Both the position numbers and the translations under genes were made by a program. The notes below the pieces were generated by a model. The model had not been told where the DNA came from. It was given only the letters and a program-made list of their open reading frames with translations, and did no database searches. A stretch of 64,000 nucleotides of DNA from Octopus sinensis (Eukaryota): assembly GCF_006345805.1 (NCBI RefSeq), contig NC_042998.1:34038001-34102000 (forward strand), given 5' to 3'. Below are positions 12,346-24,450 of the stretch, piece after piece. Positions within the stretch are counted from its first letter, which is position 1. Each line of letters opens with the position of its first letter.

Positions 12346-14520
12346 CTGAATCACTACTAGAACTAAAGAAGAAGTTTCAGGTAGGGAAGCAAGGTCTAGA
12401 ATCGAAGGGCCTTAGAGTTAACCTATCAAAAACTTAAGTCTTAGTAAATAGGAAAGCAGACAAATCATAAATCTGTTCAGGTAGATGGCCCTACTTAATC
12501 TGTAGGAAAGGCATGGGTAAAAATTCCGTAAGATGTACTTGCCGTAAGCTATGGATACATAAGAGGTATGGAAATATCAGAGGAAGGTTAACAGGGAAAC
12601 TAGATTTTGTGTGTGGAAGGTGCAAAGGTATAATTAACACTAAAAATGTACAGAAAATAGATTCTATCAAATGTCAAGAAGTGACCAAGTCAGCAGTGGA
12701 GGTGGATGCTCTGAGAGCATAGCTGCTAGAATAAAAATAGGCTGGACAAAGTTCAGAGCTCCTACTTCTGTTGCTAATAAAAGCCCTTTCCTTCAGAGTG
12801 AATGATAGACTGTACAATGCCAGTGTGCAAACAACCATGCTACACAGCAGTGAGACATAGGCTGTGACTGTTGAGGGCATGCATAGGCTTGTAAGAAATG
12901 AAGCCAGTATGCTTCGCTGGATGTGCAGTATGGGTGTGCACATGCAACAGAGTGTAAGTGCCCCGAGAGAAAAGTTGAACATAAGAGGTATCAGATGTGG
13001 TGTGCAAGAGAGGTGACTACACCGGTATGATCATGTGATGTATATGACACTATGGACAGTTGTGTGAAGAGGTGCCGATCTCTATCAATGGAAGGAAGCT
13101 GTGAAAGAGGGAGACTCAGGATGACATGGGATGAGGTGGTGAAGCATGATTTTCAAATGTTGGGCCTCATGGAGGCAATATCGAGAGACTGAGACCTTTA
13201 GTGATATGGCTATGCCTGAGAAGACACCAAGACAAGTGAAATCACAGTTGTGGCCATTGTCGGTGTCACATAACTGGCACCTGTGCTGGTGGCACATAAA
13301 AATCACCTTACGAATGTTGGGCCTCACGGAGGCAATGTAGCCAATGCTGGTGTCATGTAACCGGCATCCATGCTGGTAGCATGTAAAAAGCACCTTTTGA
13401 GTGTTGGGCCTCACGAAGGCAATGACAAATGACTGAGACCATTGGCAATATGCTGCGCTTGAGAAGCTGCTAGGACAATTCGACCCCAGTTATTTCATCA
13501 TCAGTTAAGTTGTCCCCAGTCAATTCATCGCTGACCAATTTGTCCCAAAATACTCTTAAATGTGATTTTCGAGGGAAAGTTTAGAACAATCACTTCAGAA
13601 TTAAAATTGTGGTTGGACAGTTTTAGATATTTTTTTCTCCTTTCTTTAACCCCACCTCTCTCTCTCAAGTATCTGTGCTGAACAGTTTACGAACACAGAT
13701 TTTCAAGTAAATCAAATTAAATTTATTCAATATGCCAACCCATCAACATGACTACCTGCAAAATCATAACTTCAGAGAAAGGAAAAATCAAAGTGGTCGA
13801 TCAAGAAAATTATATATACACAAAAAATAAGCAGAATGCAGATGGGTTGAAGATATACTGGAAGTGCAAAAATCATGTGTGCAAAGCGAGATTTCATACA
13901 GATGAATATTATAAAGAGCTTAAGAAGATTGGGATCCATAAACACACTCCATCAGCTGCAGAGGTAAATGCAAGAATAATAGTTTCAAATATTAAAGAAA
14001 GGTCTAGTTCATCTCGTGATGCCCCTCGCTCAATTATTGCTAACGCAGTTCAGAATTTAAACGACTGTACATTGTCGCAAATACCTCTGTTTGCACAGCT
14101 TAATAGGAATATTAAGAAGTTGGAAGCAAGCTGATTCCAACTGTCCTGCCACCCCACTTATAAATGTTGGGTTTTCCATTCCAAGTGAATACTCCTACCT
14201 TGACAATGATGAAACATTTTTACAGTATGACAGCAGGGTGGAAGATTCAAAATGAATACCAATATTTGCAAGTGATGAAGTACTTCGACAGTTAAAACAA
14301 CACAAGAACAGGGTGGCAGATGGAACATTTAAGTGCTGCTCCAGTATATTTTTTCAGTTATATATACTTCACATTCAAATTGATAATTTTAACGCCCATG
14401 ATTATTCACATTGCTCTCTGACAAAAGTCAAGACAAATATAGTAGACTTTTTGTCAAAATTAATGAATTACTGTAGAATGAGGGACCTGATAATATCATT
14501 ATGGATTTCGAAAAAGCGGC

Positions 14521-14910
14521 CCGTAATGGGAGCCCCGTGCTAGTAGGGTATTAAGAGCACCATCCGAGCATGATCACTGCCAGAGCGGCTATCTGGCCTC
14601 CGTGCCAGTGGCACATAAAAGACACCATTCGAGCTTGATCGTTACCAGCATCACCTTACTGGCACCTGTGCCGGTGGCACATAAAAGACACCATTCAAGC
14701 GTGATCGTTACCAGCATCACCTTACTGGCACCTGTGCCGGTGGCATGTGTAAAAGATTCGAGTGAGGTCATTGCCAGGGCCTCCTGACAGGCCCCATGCC
14801 GGTGGCACGTAAAAGCCTGGTGCAGCCATCAGGTTCGCCAGCCCTCAGTCAATCATCCAACCCATGCTAGCATGGAAAGCAGACGTTAAACAATGATGAT
14901 GATGATGATG
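14521..14910 (+). mobile_element. Short RTE-tail element ((ATG)n tail) inside the MULE
   Basis: Internal GTGCCGGTGGCAC repeats; ends CCCATGCTAGCATGGAAAGCAGACGTTAAAC(AAT)GATGATG. Confidence 0.88.
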
Positions 14911-15117
14911 TTTCCTGGGTCGAATTTGGCATGCTGCTTGTTTCATTTAGGACAAAATGTGTACAAGCATGTTGTGCGAGAAGGATTAAAATGCAGATAT
15001 CACAAAAATGACAGTTTTAGTCTAAAAATGCGGTGTTTTGTTTCCCTTGCCTTCTTGCTGGTTGATTATGATGTAGATGGATATGAACAACTTGTAGATG
15101 ATGATAATATTCCTCTG

Positions 15118-15372
15118 TGCAGGTAGCACGTAAAGCACCTTTTGAGTGTGTTCATTGCCAGAACCGCCTGATTGGCCCTCGTGCCAGTGGCATGTAAAAA
15201 GTACCTTGTACACTATCGGAGTGGTTGACATTAGGAAGGGCATCCAGCTGTAGAAAATTTGCCAGACCACATTGGAGCCTGGTGCAGCCTCCCAGCTTGC
15301 CAGTCTTCAGTCAAACCGTCCAACCCATGCCAGCATGAAAAGCGGACGTTAAACAATGATGATGATGACCAC
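15118..15372 (+). mobile_element. Short RTE-tail element inside the MULE
   Basis: Same 3' end and (GAT)n tail as the other copies. Confidence 0.88.
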
Positions 15373-16145
15373 CCAGAGGAAGTGGACAGAGGAGGCGATG
15401 CCTTGAACCTCCATTTCTATTACCTATATGGAATGTTTGGGATCGATGAATAATAGGGATTGCTTGTACCACAAATAGTTTAGAAACCTATCACAGCATG
15501 CTAAAAAACACAGCAAATAATAGTCATCCAAATATTTGGAAACTTATTGATGTGATTAAATGTGCGGAAAGGTTTGCCAGTATCAAATTGCAGAAGTTTA
15601 AGCAAGAAGAACCAAGCCAGAAGAAATATAGAGACATGAATCTGCATATAAAAAATGTCATGGAAAAATATGATCCAAGCCAAAAATTATTTTACTAAAA
15701 GCAATTGCACACCATCTTAAATTTTAATTTAAAAAATGAATATGTAATACAGCAAACATGAAAATAAATGGTTTTTATTTGGATATTCCTTCTTCCATTT
15801 TCCTGTATTCGCAGCGAACTGACTGACAACAAATTGACCAATGATGAATTGACTGGGGGACAAATTAAATGACGGCAAATTGACCGGACACTACTTGAGA
15901 AGAAGACCCATCAAGCCAAGTGAAATTATAGTTGTGAAAGATACTGGGGCATGCAAACTGACATCCATGCTGGTGGCACATAAAAGTACCCAACTCTGGG
16001 AGTGGTTGGCATTAGGAAAGGGATGCAGCTGTAGAAACTATGCCAAATCAGACTGGAGTTTACCAGCCCTGGTCAAATCGTCCAACCCATGCCAGCATGG
16101 ACAATGGATGCAAAATGATGATGATAACACATATATTATACACAT

Positions 16146-16535
16146 GTGGAGGCGCAATGGCCCAGTGGTTAGGGCAGAGGACTCGCGGTCGTAGGATCGC
16201 GGTTTCGATTCCCAGACCGGGCGTTGTGAGTGTTTATTGAGCAAAAACACCTAAAACTCCTCGAGGCTCCGGCAGGGATGGTGGTGATCCCTGCTGTACT
16301 TTTTCACCACAACTTTCTCTCACTCTTACTTCCTGTTTCTGTTGTACCTGTATTTCAAAGGGCCGGCCTTGTCACTATCTGTGTCACGCTGAATATCCCC
16401 GGGAACTACGTTAAGGGTACACGTGTCTGTGGAGTGCTCAGCCACTTACACGTTAATTTCACGAGCAGGCTGTTCCGTTGATCGGATCAACCGGAACCCT
16501 CGTCGTCGTAACTGACGGAGTGCTTCCATTCCATT
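16146..16535 (+). mobile_element. tRNA-headed SINE family C (tail T1)
   Basis: GGAGGCGCAATGGCCCAGTGGTTAGG (A box) ... GGTTTCGATTCCC (B box); ends GACGGAGTGCTTCCATTCCA. Confidence 0.88.
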
Positions 16536-17544
16536 ATACACATACATGCTCGCACGCACACACACACACACACACATCTATTTCTCCAGTCGAACTGGTT
16601 TCACAAACGATTTTATCTGAGATCACAACCTGGAGTTGAACCAACGGCATTCGTTACCTTAGAATCAGGAGAGACATTATTAAAATACACATAGCACAAT
16701 GTATCAATGTCTTTTGCCTCACATTTGCAACCAGGTCACTGACATTCCTTTGCATATGTTGATGTCAATTATGAGCTTGTTCTTAAGGCACCAAGTGTAA
16801 ATGTATTGTCTTCTCGTCATTTTTTTTCTTTTCTCTCTCTCTCCTCCCTCTTTCTCAGCTTCATTCTCTTTCTTTTCATCCTGTTCCTCTCTCTCTGTTT
16901 TCCCATTGCTTTTTTTTCTTGTTATCTGTCGGTGAACTCGTTTTCTCCTACTTTCCCACCTTACAAGAAATTTGTATGACGATCATGCCTGCGCTGTTTT
17001 TCACTGATTCAGAAGAATGCCTCAACACTGCATTTATTCATTTCATATCCAATTCTAGGGATAATTATTTCCAATTCCTGGGGATAATTATATCCGATTC
17101 CCAGAGAAAATTTTATTCCTAGTGAAATATAGTCGTCTCCAGGAATTCTAGTTTAATAATAAAGAATTCTAACATTTTCTATTTATTCTCCTATTCTGTA
17201 AGTTTGCTGTCGAAGAATAGCAATGCCTTATTTATCAACCTGATATTTCCCTGTAGAGAATTTATTTGGTTAATGATGGTTTCTTTAAACATGTTACATG
17301 GCCAACCCATCTGATTTGTTGGCTTACAGCTGTACAGAGTTTGCACTTAACGGTTACACTGCATTTCCTAATGCACAGGAAAGATACATATTACATGGTG
17401 TAATGTGCATATTTGCATGTATTTATTTATGCATACAGCTGTATGGAAATATTACTGCATATTATCATGTGGTTAAGAAATGTTACTTCGACTCCATGAT
17501 TTCAAGATTTAATCCATCAGGCCAAATCTTCCATCACTACAGAA

Positions 17545-17705
17545 TCATTGTCATCATCATCGTTTAACGTCCACTTTCCATGCTAGCATGGGTTGGACGA
17601 TTCTGACTGAGGGCTGGCGAACCAGATGGCTGCACCAGGCTCCAATCTTGATCTGGCAGAGTTTCTACGGCTGGATGCCCTTCCTAACGCCAACCACTCT
17701 GAATC
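17545..17705 (-). mobile_element. Short RTE-tail element
   Basis: CATCATC-GTTTAACGTCCACTTTCCATGCTAGCATGGG signature. Confidence 0.88.
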
Positions 17706-17977
17706 ATATAAGCTAAAGTTCTGAGAAAGAAATTGGATAGATAGCAACTCTGTGAAAGCTATCATAAGTGTGTGTGTGTGCATACATTCATAACTTTATG
17801 TTCTATACTTAATTTCCCCTTTATGCTATTTCTGATATATTCCTATCCCCTTTAATAGTTTTTCTCTCTCTTCTCTCTCTCAAAAGTTTAGGGCTTACTT
17901 ACAAACTTGTCCCCTCATATATGTAAAGCAAACACTGTTTCTCACTCGTCATATACCTTGGCTTCCTACCCTCTATA

Positions 17978-18336
17978 TTCTTTTCTTTGTTTCAGCCATT
18001 TGACTGCGGCCATGCTGGAGCACCGCCTTTAGTCAAGCAAATCGACCCCAAACCAAGTACTTATTCTATCAGTCTCTTTTGCCAAACTGCTAGCTTACAG
18101 GACGTAAACACACCAACATCGGTTGTCAAGCGATGTTGGGGAGACAATCACAGACATACAAACACACATATATATGACAGGCTTCTTTTAGTTTCCGTCT
18201 ACCAAATCCACTCACAAGGCTTTGGTCGGCCTGAGGATATAGTAGAAGACACTTGCCCAAGTGCCACACAGTGGGATTGAACCCATAGCTATGTGGTTGG
18301 TAAGCAAGCTACTTACCACACAGCCACTCCTGTGCC
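17978..18336 (-). mobile_element. SINE family A
   Basis: Matches 6905-7289. Confidence 0.9.
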
Positions 18337-18469
18337 TTGTCGTTAGTGACATTAAAGTTTCAGCTAAAGCCAACATTGAACTATGATATATAAGAATTAA
18401 TCTTGTTTCTTTTCTGTTGGGTTAACTAGATATAAAACCAAGCATTAACAGCTCTGCTCCCATGTGGGT

Positions 18470-18960
18470 GCTTTTGTAACGTTAGCTGAAAAAGAGGAAA
18501 AATGTGGCAACAACCAATTGAAAAACACCAATACCTACCACCTAAAAACTCTACTACAAAAAACAAAAATTGATCATTATGAAAAAGATGGAAAGGAAAA
18601 AATCCTCCAACAAATATGGATTCAAGACAGTCAAATGTCCACCTTCCAACTCACTGCTTTAACCCTTCGAAGATGACCTATTCGCAACAATCAGGCAAAT
18701 AACATTCAACAATCAAACCAACAAACTGCAAATAGAAATGAAACAGAAATCAACCACTTAAAAACAAGCCTGAGTATATCTGTGAAACCGGACAGGACAA
18801 GCAACTGCTACCAGATAAGTAAAACCTCTTATAACTGCTTTCTTCCTAACACAATCTCCAACACATGCAAAATAAAAATTAAAAAAAACTGAAGTATTTT
18901 GCTTTAAACAATATAATCACTGCAGCCAAAAAAATTGCCACAAAACTTAAAACTTTATTT
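18470..18960 (+). pseudogene. Penelope-like element, N-terminal RT-adjacent fragment
   Basis: Manual translation NKYGFKTVKCPPSNSLL*PFEDDLFATIRQITFN ... VKPDRTSNCYQISKTSYN matches the PLE pattern YGFK...PP....FE.DL...ADKT.N.Y. Confidence 0.7.
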
Positions 18961-19384
18961 GATAACCATCTGATCTAGCAAGCGGGGCCTCATATCAGTG
19001 CGCATTGATGCCAGTGTGCATTGATGCCGTCGAGAGGTAGGCCCCGAAACGGCACGCATTCTCTCCTCATGACCCCATACACTTGCTGCTTCCAAAATTT
19101 AGTTCCCAGTGTTGGGTGGGTCTTCTCAAGAAATGTATATTGTCAGTCATCCTGGTCCCTTGTCATCTCCAAGAGGTTCAAGGTTGTGAGATCAGACTCG
19201 GTAGTATGACAAGCACTAATTGTCCGAGGTACCATGCAATGGAATTGAATCCTGGGCTAAGTTGAATGACGAAGCCATGGAAACCAAGAAATAAGCAAGC
19301 TCTGAGTTGAGATGGAGCTAGGATTCAGTTTCCATTCTCATTTAAAGCTATTTAATACCTCTTAGTCTTTTAATCATCATCATT

Positions 19385-19705
19385 ATCATCATCATCATTT
19401 AACGTTCGTTTTCCATGCTAGCATGGGTTGGACAATTCAACCAGGGTCTGGTAAGCCATGGAGGCTGCACCAGGCTCCAGTCTGGTTTGGCAGTGTTTCT
19501 ACAGCTGGATGCCCTTCCTAACGCCAACCACTCTGAGAGTGTAGTGGGTGTTTTTTACGTGCCACCAGCACAGGGGCCAGAGGAGGCTGGCAAACAGCCA
19601 CGATCGGTTGATGCTTTTGCATGTCACTGACACGGACGCCAGTCAGGCGGTGCTGGCATCTGCCACGTTCGGACGGTGCTTTTTATGTGTCACCGGCACA
19701 GAACA
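19385..19705 (-). mobile_element. Short RTE-tail element
   Basis: (CAT)n plus TTTTCCATGCTAGCATGGG signature and GTGCCACC repeats. Confidence 0.88.
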
Positions 19706-20730
19706 TCTGGTTTCTCTAAACCTTCTGGGTTTGTGACTTGTCAAAAGTGTTCAGTTAAAAGAATGACTTCACACATGAAGCGTACATTGACCAATTCACT
19801 CTTCAATTCTAATTTCCTTATAATATATTCTTATCTTTCTCAATTTCAATGTCCGTCTCTTTCCATTTTGTTGCCTCTCACCACTTAAAATTCTGAATGA
19901 ATCATAAGAAATTAAGAAGGGCAATGACTCGGCAGAAACAAGAGAATGCTCATTAAATGCATTACAATATTCAATTATGTCTTTTCGGTTTTGATATTCC
20001 GTTTCATCTATTTAAAGTTGATAAACTAAATACTAATAATGAACTGGAATTAATTCGCCCGACTGTATCACTTCCTCTCCATTCTTTAATGTTAATCCCA
20101 GTGTTTCATTAAAAGCAATCAATAGATGAAGTTTATGAAAACATATGGTTCTAAATGTGGACATTCTTTATGTATGGAAATCCAGATATTGACTCACATA
20201 CTTGCACGCTCTCTCTCTCTCTCTCTCTCTCACTAACAGGCAGCATGGAACTATTTTTGTGGAATAGGCTAATAAAAATTTGTTAGTATAGAGCAAAGAT
20301 GGTCAAGACATATGCTGATGTCCATAGCTTTAAAGTTGACTGTTGAAATGTAAATTAATTTTGACTTCCAATGTAGGCACGAAGCTTCAGATGGGTGTGG
20401 AGTAAGGATATAATTGATTTTATGAACCCCAGCACTTGACTGATACTTTGTTTTATCGATTTTGAAAGGATGAAAAGCAAAGATGGAATGCAAATTGAAA
20501 AAGTCAATGGAATGCAAACTCAATATAAATACCTGAAACAAATTCTACCTTAAAAAGTAAACTGATATCAAGAGATGAATCCAAGAGGCATGAAAAAAAG
20601 GGGGTGGTTTATCAGTTGCTCTAAACCATGAAGACATTTGAAAGTTTGACTAAAATTTCTAACATTAAGTAAAGTATCAATTATTTCCAATGACATTCTA
20701 AGAGTGAAAAACAGTTATTATTATAAATAT

Positions 20731-21093
20731 TATTGCCTCCGCCTTAGCGAAGGTGGAGGTATTATTTTCAGTTGTGTTTGTTTGTTTGACCGTGGACAAG
20801 ATATCTCAAGAACTGGATGGATTCGGATGAAACTTTCAGGGATGTTTGGCCTTGTGACAGGCATGAACTGATTAGATTCGAGGGATCAATCCAGCACCGA
20901 GCAAGGATTCTGGATTATTTTTCTGTTTTTTTTAACTTAACTTTTGAGAACAGTCGGGTTCATTTTTAGTATTCTCGTTTGTGAGAGCAGTCGAGTTTAT
21001 TTTAGATATTCTCATTTTAAAAATCATCTCTGGCTAATCATTAAGAGGACATTGGCATTACCTTGACGGAGGTTTTTGCTCTCTGAGTGCTCG
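20731..21093 (+). mobile_element. Helentron-type non-autonomous element (HINE/DINE-1-like)
   Basis: 5' hairpin CCTCCGCCTT..AAGGTGGAGG, a (GTTT)n tract and 3' subterminal inverted repeat CCTTGACGGAGG followed by CTCTCTGAGTGC. Confidence 0.7.
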
Positions 21094-21703
21094 TTATTAT
21101 TGTTATCATCATCATAATCAGCATTAATATTATTATTATTATTAAAAGCCTGAGGTGTTGCATAGTGTACATACATACACCATTCTTGCACGTGTTCAGT
21201 CTCCTGCTGGACGAAGGCCTCAGTGTGTTCCCTCCACCAACCATGGCCTAATATTTTCTTTATCCATGTTTGGGTGCTGAGGAATTGAACAAAGTCTTCA
21301 TTCCAAGTCCTCCACAGTCTTACCTTCCTTCTTTCCTCTGTACATGGTGTCCACTCCATCAGTTTGCTATTCCATCCATTATCCTGTCTTCTAAACATGT
21401 CTTGTGAAAGACCACTTCAGCATTTTTATTTTCTGGATAATATCCGTTAAACTTATTACCATTCTTATCCATTTTCTTCATCTTTAGCACTCTCCTTTCC
21501 ATGACTCTTTGTTTAATCTTAATATATTTTCAATGCCCTTGATGGTAGTCCATGTTTCTCATGCATACATAATACTGCTCAGCTAACACTGGTTGAAGAC
21601 CTTTCCTTTTAGGCACACCACTCATGATGTGAATCAGTTTACCAAAGGATGCTCATCCTAACTGCATTCGTCATTCAATTCCTTTGGTCCGATTTTTATC
21701 CTT

Positions 21704-21932
21704 TTAACCCTTTCATTACCAACCCAGCTGAATCCAGCTCTGGCTCTGAGTACAAATGTCTTGTTTCCATAAGTTTTGAATTAAAATCTTCCACCAAACC
21801 GTAGTCACAATTTATGTTCTTAACACTAGCTGAATGATAACTAAGTTATTTTATTAAATTCTTTGTTATATTTAAAATTAGTTGAAAGAAACACAAAGCA
21901 TCTCAACAGAAATATGGTAATGAAAGGGTTAA
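21704..21932. mobile_element. piggyBac-type MITE (family P2)
   Basis: TTAA TSD with perfect 13 bp TIR CCCTTTCATTACC / GGTAATGAAAGGG. Confidence 0.88.
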
Positions 21933-22219
21933 GAAGAAAAATAATCAGCAGAAGACATGCGAGAAGGAGACATCAATGTGGTCGCTTTATATGTTAGAAA
22001 TAATAGCCTAAATCTCCTTCAATCTACACCCTTCCAACTGGTTCTAAAATACATCTGCCCAAATATAGTAATTGAAAGAAACACAGAGCATCTCAAAATA
22101 AATACAGTAACGAAAGAGTTAAGCAGATAATTTGTCTGAAATGAGTGTATTGGTTGACATGTTCAACTATTTCAACATCCATTACTACATTTCCAGCTGT
22201 GATTAGACAGTTGGAGATT

Positions 22220-22745
22220 ATCTTCATCATCATCCTCGTCGTTTAATGTCTGTTTTCCATGCTGGCATGGGTTTGACGGTTTGATTGAGGACTTGCAAGA
22301 TTTCTACTGCTGGATGCCCTTCCTAATGCCAACCACTCCAAGAGTGTAGTGGGTGCTTTTTTATGTGCTGCCAGCATGAAGGCCAGTCAGGCGGTACTGG
22401 CATTGACCTACACTCAACTGGTGCTTTTAACATGCCACCTGCACGGGAGCCAGTCAGGCAGCACTGGCAACGACCTATGCTCAAATGGTGCTTTTAACAT
22501 GCCACCGACACAGGAGCCATTCAGGCGGCACTGGCAACGCCCTACACTCGAATCGTGCTTTTAACATGCCACAGGCACGGGAGCTAGTCAGGTGGCACTG
22601 GCAACAACCTTCACTCGACAGGTATTTTTAACATGCCACCGGCACAGGAGCCATTCAGGTGGCACTGGCAATGACCTACACTCGAATGGTGCTTTTAATG
22701 TGCCACTAGCACGGAAGCCAGTCAAGCAGTACTGGCATCAACCAT
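22220..22745 (-). mobile_element. Short RTE-tail element carrying six ~67 bp tandem units
   Basis: GGTGCTTTTAACATGCCAC recurs at 22420, 22487 and onward. Confidence 0.88.
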
Positions 22746-23929
22746 AACAATGAATTCACTAGACTCATTTTACTAATATTAGTTCCGAGTCCACATTTTT
22801 CGCTTTCTTCTTTTAATTCTCTGAGCATTTCTGTCGACCCTTTAATGCTGCTGGAACTGAGTACAATATCATCAGAAAATCTGAGATGATTTAGTATACA
22901 TCCATTTATATTTATTCCTTTATCTGACCAATACAAGTTCTTAAAATCCTTTTCTAAAACAGATGTGAATAGTTTGGGTGATATGGTTGTCTCTTTGTCT
23001 AACTCATTTCCCAATTTTGATATCAATCATTTTGTTGTTTATAGTTGCTTTAGTTCTACAGTTGGTCTACTAATTCTCTGTAAACTCCACGCCGTCTCCT
23101 TTGATTTCTTTTTCCTCTAGTGCTCTTAGTATATTATCGATTTCCATGGAATCAAAAGCTTTTTCAAACTCTTCAAATATTAAGCATAATGGTATGTTGT
23201 AAGTCTGGTATTTTCCCTTCACTTGGTTTACATCATGTGTGTACATCTATTGTGCTGTAGTTTCTCCTGAAGCCTCCCTGTTCTGCTCTTGTGTTCTCAT
23301 CCAGCTTTCTCTCAAATCAATTTTTAGATGATGTATGATAGTAGACTGATTGGTCTGTAGTTCTTTGAAATTTTGGCATCCCTTTTTCCTAAAGAAGGAT
23401 CAGTTGGGAACCTTTCCACATAACCAGTATCCTGAGTTCGTGTAGGCATTTTGCATTGAGTTTAGCTGGTTTCTTCTCTGTGCTTGGTCCAAGCACTTTA
23501 ATAATGTCTATTTCAATCCCATCTGGACCTGCAGTTTTATTGTTTCTCATTTCCTTTATAACACTTCTAATTTCTGCTTCCAAGATGTCAGGGACCCTTA
23601 CTGTTAAAGAAACTTCTTTGTTAGATTAAATGAGGTTTCCGTAGAAGTCTTTGATTCTTTCTAATATTTGTACATCTTCTGTAAGTTGTTTCCAATCTTT
23701 GTCATTTAGGCTAATTATTGAGTTATGTCCCATAGACATCTTTTGCTTAGTTTTGTTTTAAGATTTTTGTTGTTTTCAAGTGTTTCCTTGATTATTTCCA
23801 TATTTGCCATTCTTTTATTTTCTGTTTTCTGGGTCGTTGTATTGCATAATCCAGTATATTCAATGCCTTGTGTAGACGAGTCTTGCTTCATTGTCCTACA
23901 GATATACATGAGTTACAAAATTCGATGAC

Positions 23930-24450
23930 TGGCATCCATGCTAGTGGGGTGCAAAGAGCACTATACGAGTGTGATCGTTGACAGAGCAGCTAACCGGCTT
24001 CTGTGCCAGTGGCACATAAAAAGGGCACTATTTGAGTGTGATCGTTACCAGTGTTGCCTTACTGGCACTTGTGCCTGTGCTAGTAGGGTGCCAAGAGCAC
24101 CATCCGAGCAGCCAACTGACTTCCGTGCCGGTGGCACGTAAAAGGGCACCATTTGAGCGTGATCGTTACCAATGTCGCCTTACTGGCACCTGTGCCGGTG
24201 GCATGTGTAAAAGATTCGAGCAAGGCCATTGCCAGTACCACTTGACTGGCCCCCGTGCCGGTGGCACATAAAAAGCACCCACTACACTCTCGGAGTGGTT
24301 GGCATTAGGAAGAGCATCCAGCAGTAGAAACTCTGCCAGATCAAGATTGGGGCCTGGTGCAGCCATCTGGGTCGCCAGCCCTCAGTCAAAATAGTCCAAC
24401 CCATGCTAGCATGGAAAGCGGACGTTAAAACGATGATGATGATGATGACA
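23930..24450 (+). mobile_element. Short RTE-tail element
   Basis: GAGCGTGATCGTTACC repeats; (GAT)n tail at ~24432-24448. Confidence 0.9.

Larger units (their letters stand above)
13748..15698 (+). pseudogene. FLYWCH-MULE transposase, disrupted by stops, frameshifts and two insertions
   Basis: YIY..NK....KIYWKC....CKARFH...H.H (FLYWCH); ADGTFK....F.QLY..H; DFEKAA; FPGS....CLFHLGQNVYK; SHPNIWKLID. Confidence 0.92.
13467..15893 (+). mobile_element. MULE/Mutator DNA transposon
   Basis: 9 bp TSD CTTGAGAAG at 13458-13466 and 15894-15902; subterminal inverted motif TTGTCCCCAGTCAATTCATC / GATGAATTGACTGGGGGACAA; internal transposase. Confidence 0.9.
11530..16130 (+). mobile_element. 5'-truncated RTE-clade LINE, interrupted by a MULE at 13467-15893
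   Basis: RT motifs KASG.PGITAEMLK, QFGFVP.KS..DA, FDDLEKAFDRIP, VHQGSVLSP and a thumb region; the 3' UTR resumes at 15903 and ends CCCATGCCAGCATGG...(ATG)n. Confidence 0.92.
21125..23925 (-). mobile_element. RTE (BovB-like) LINE remnant interrupted by a MITE and an RTE-tail element
   Basis: KTAGPDGI; SPKLFT.VLE...NHLRFSDDIVL; C-terminal W....EW.P...W...EAFVQQ; (TAA)n tail near 21125-21145. Confidence 0.88.

Noticed and set aside
16146-16225. tRNA gene calls for A/B-box sequences (also 30722, 32543, 60270-60343)
   Set aside because: No complete cloverleaf; each continues into a SINE body that is present in many copies.
22350-22740. CRISPR-like look of regular ~67 bp units
   Set aside because: The whole unit repeats with no unique spacers, it lies inside a retroelement 3' UTR, there are no cas genes, and the context is eukaryotic.
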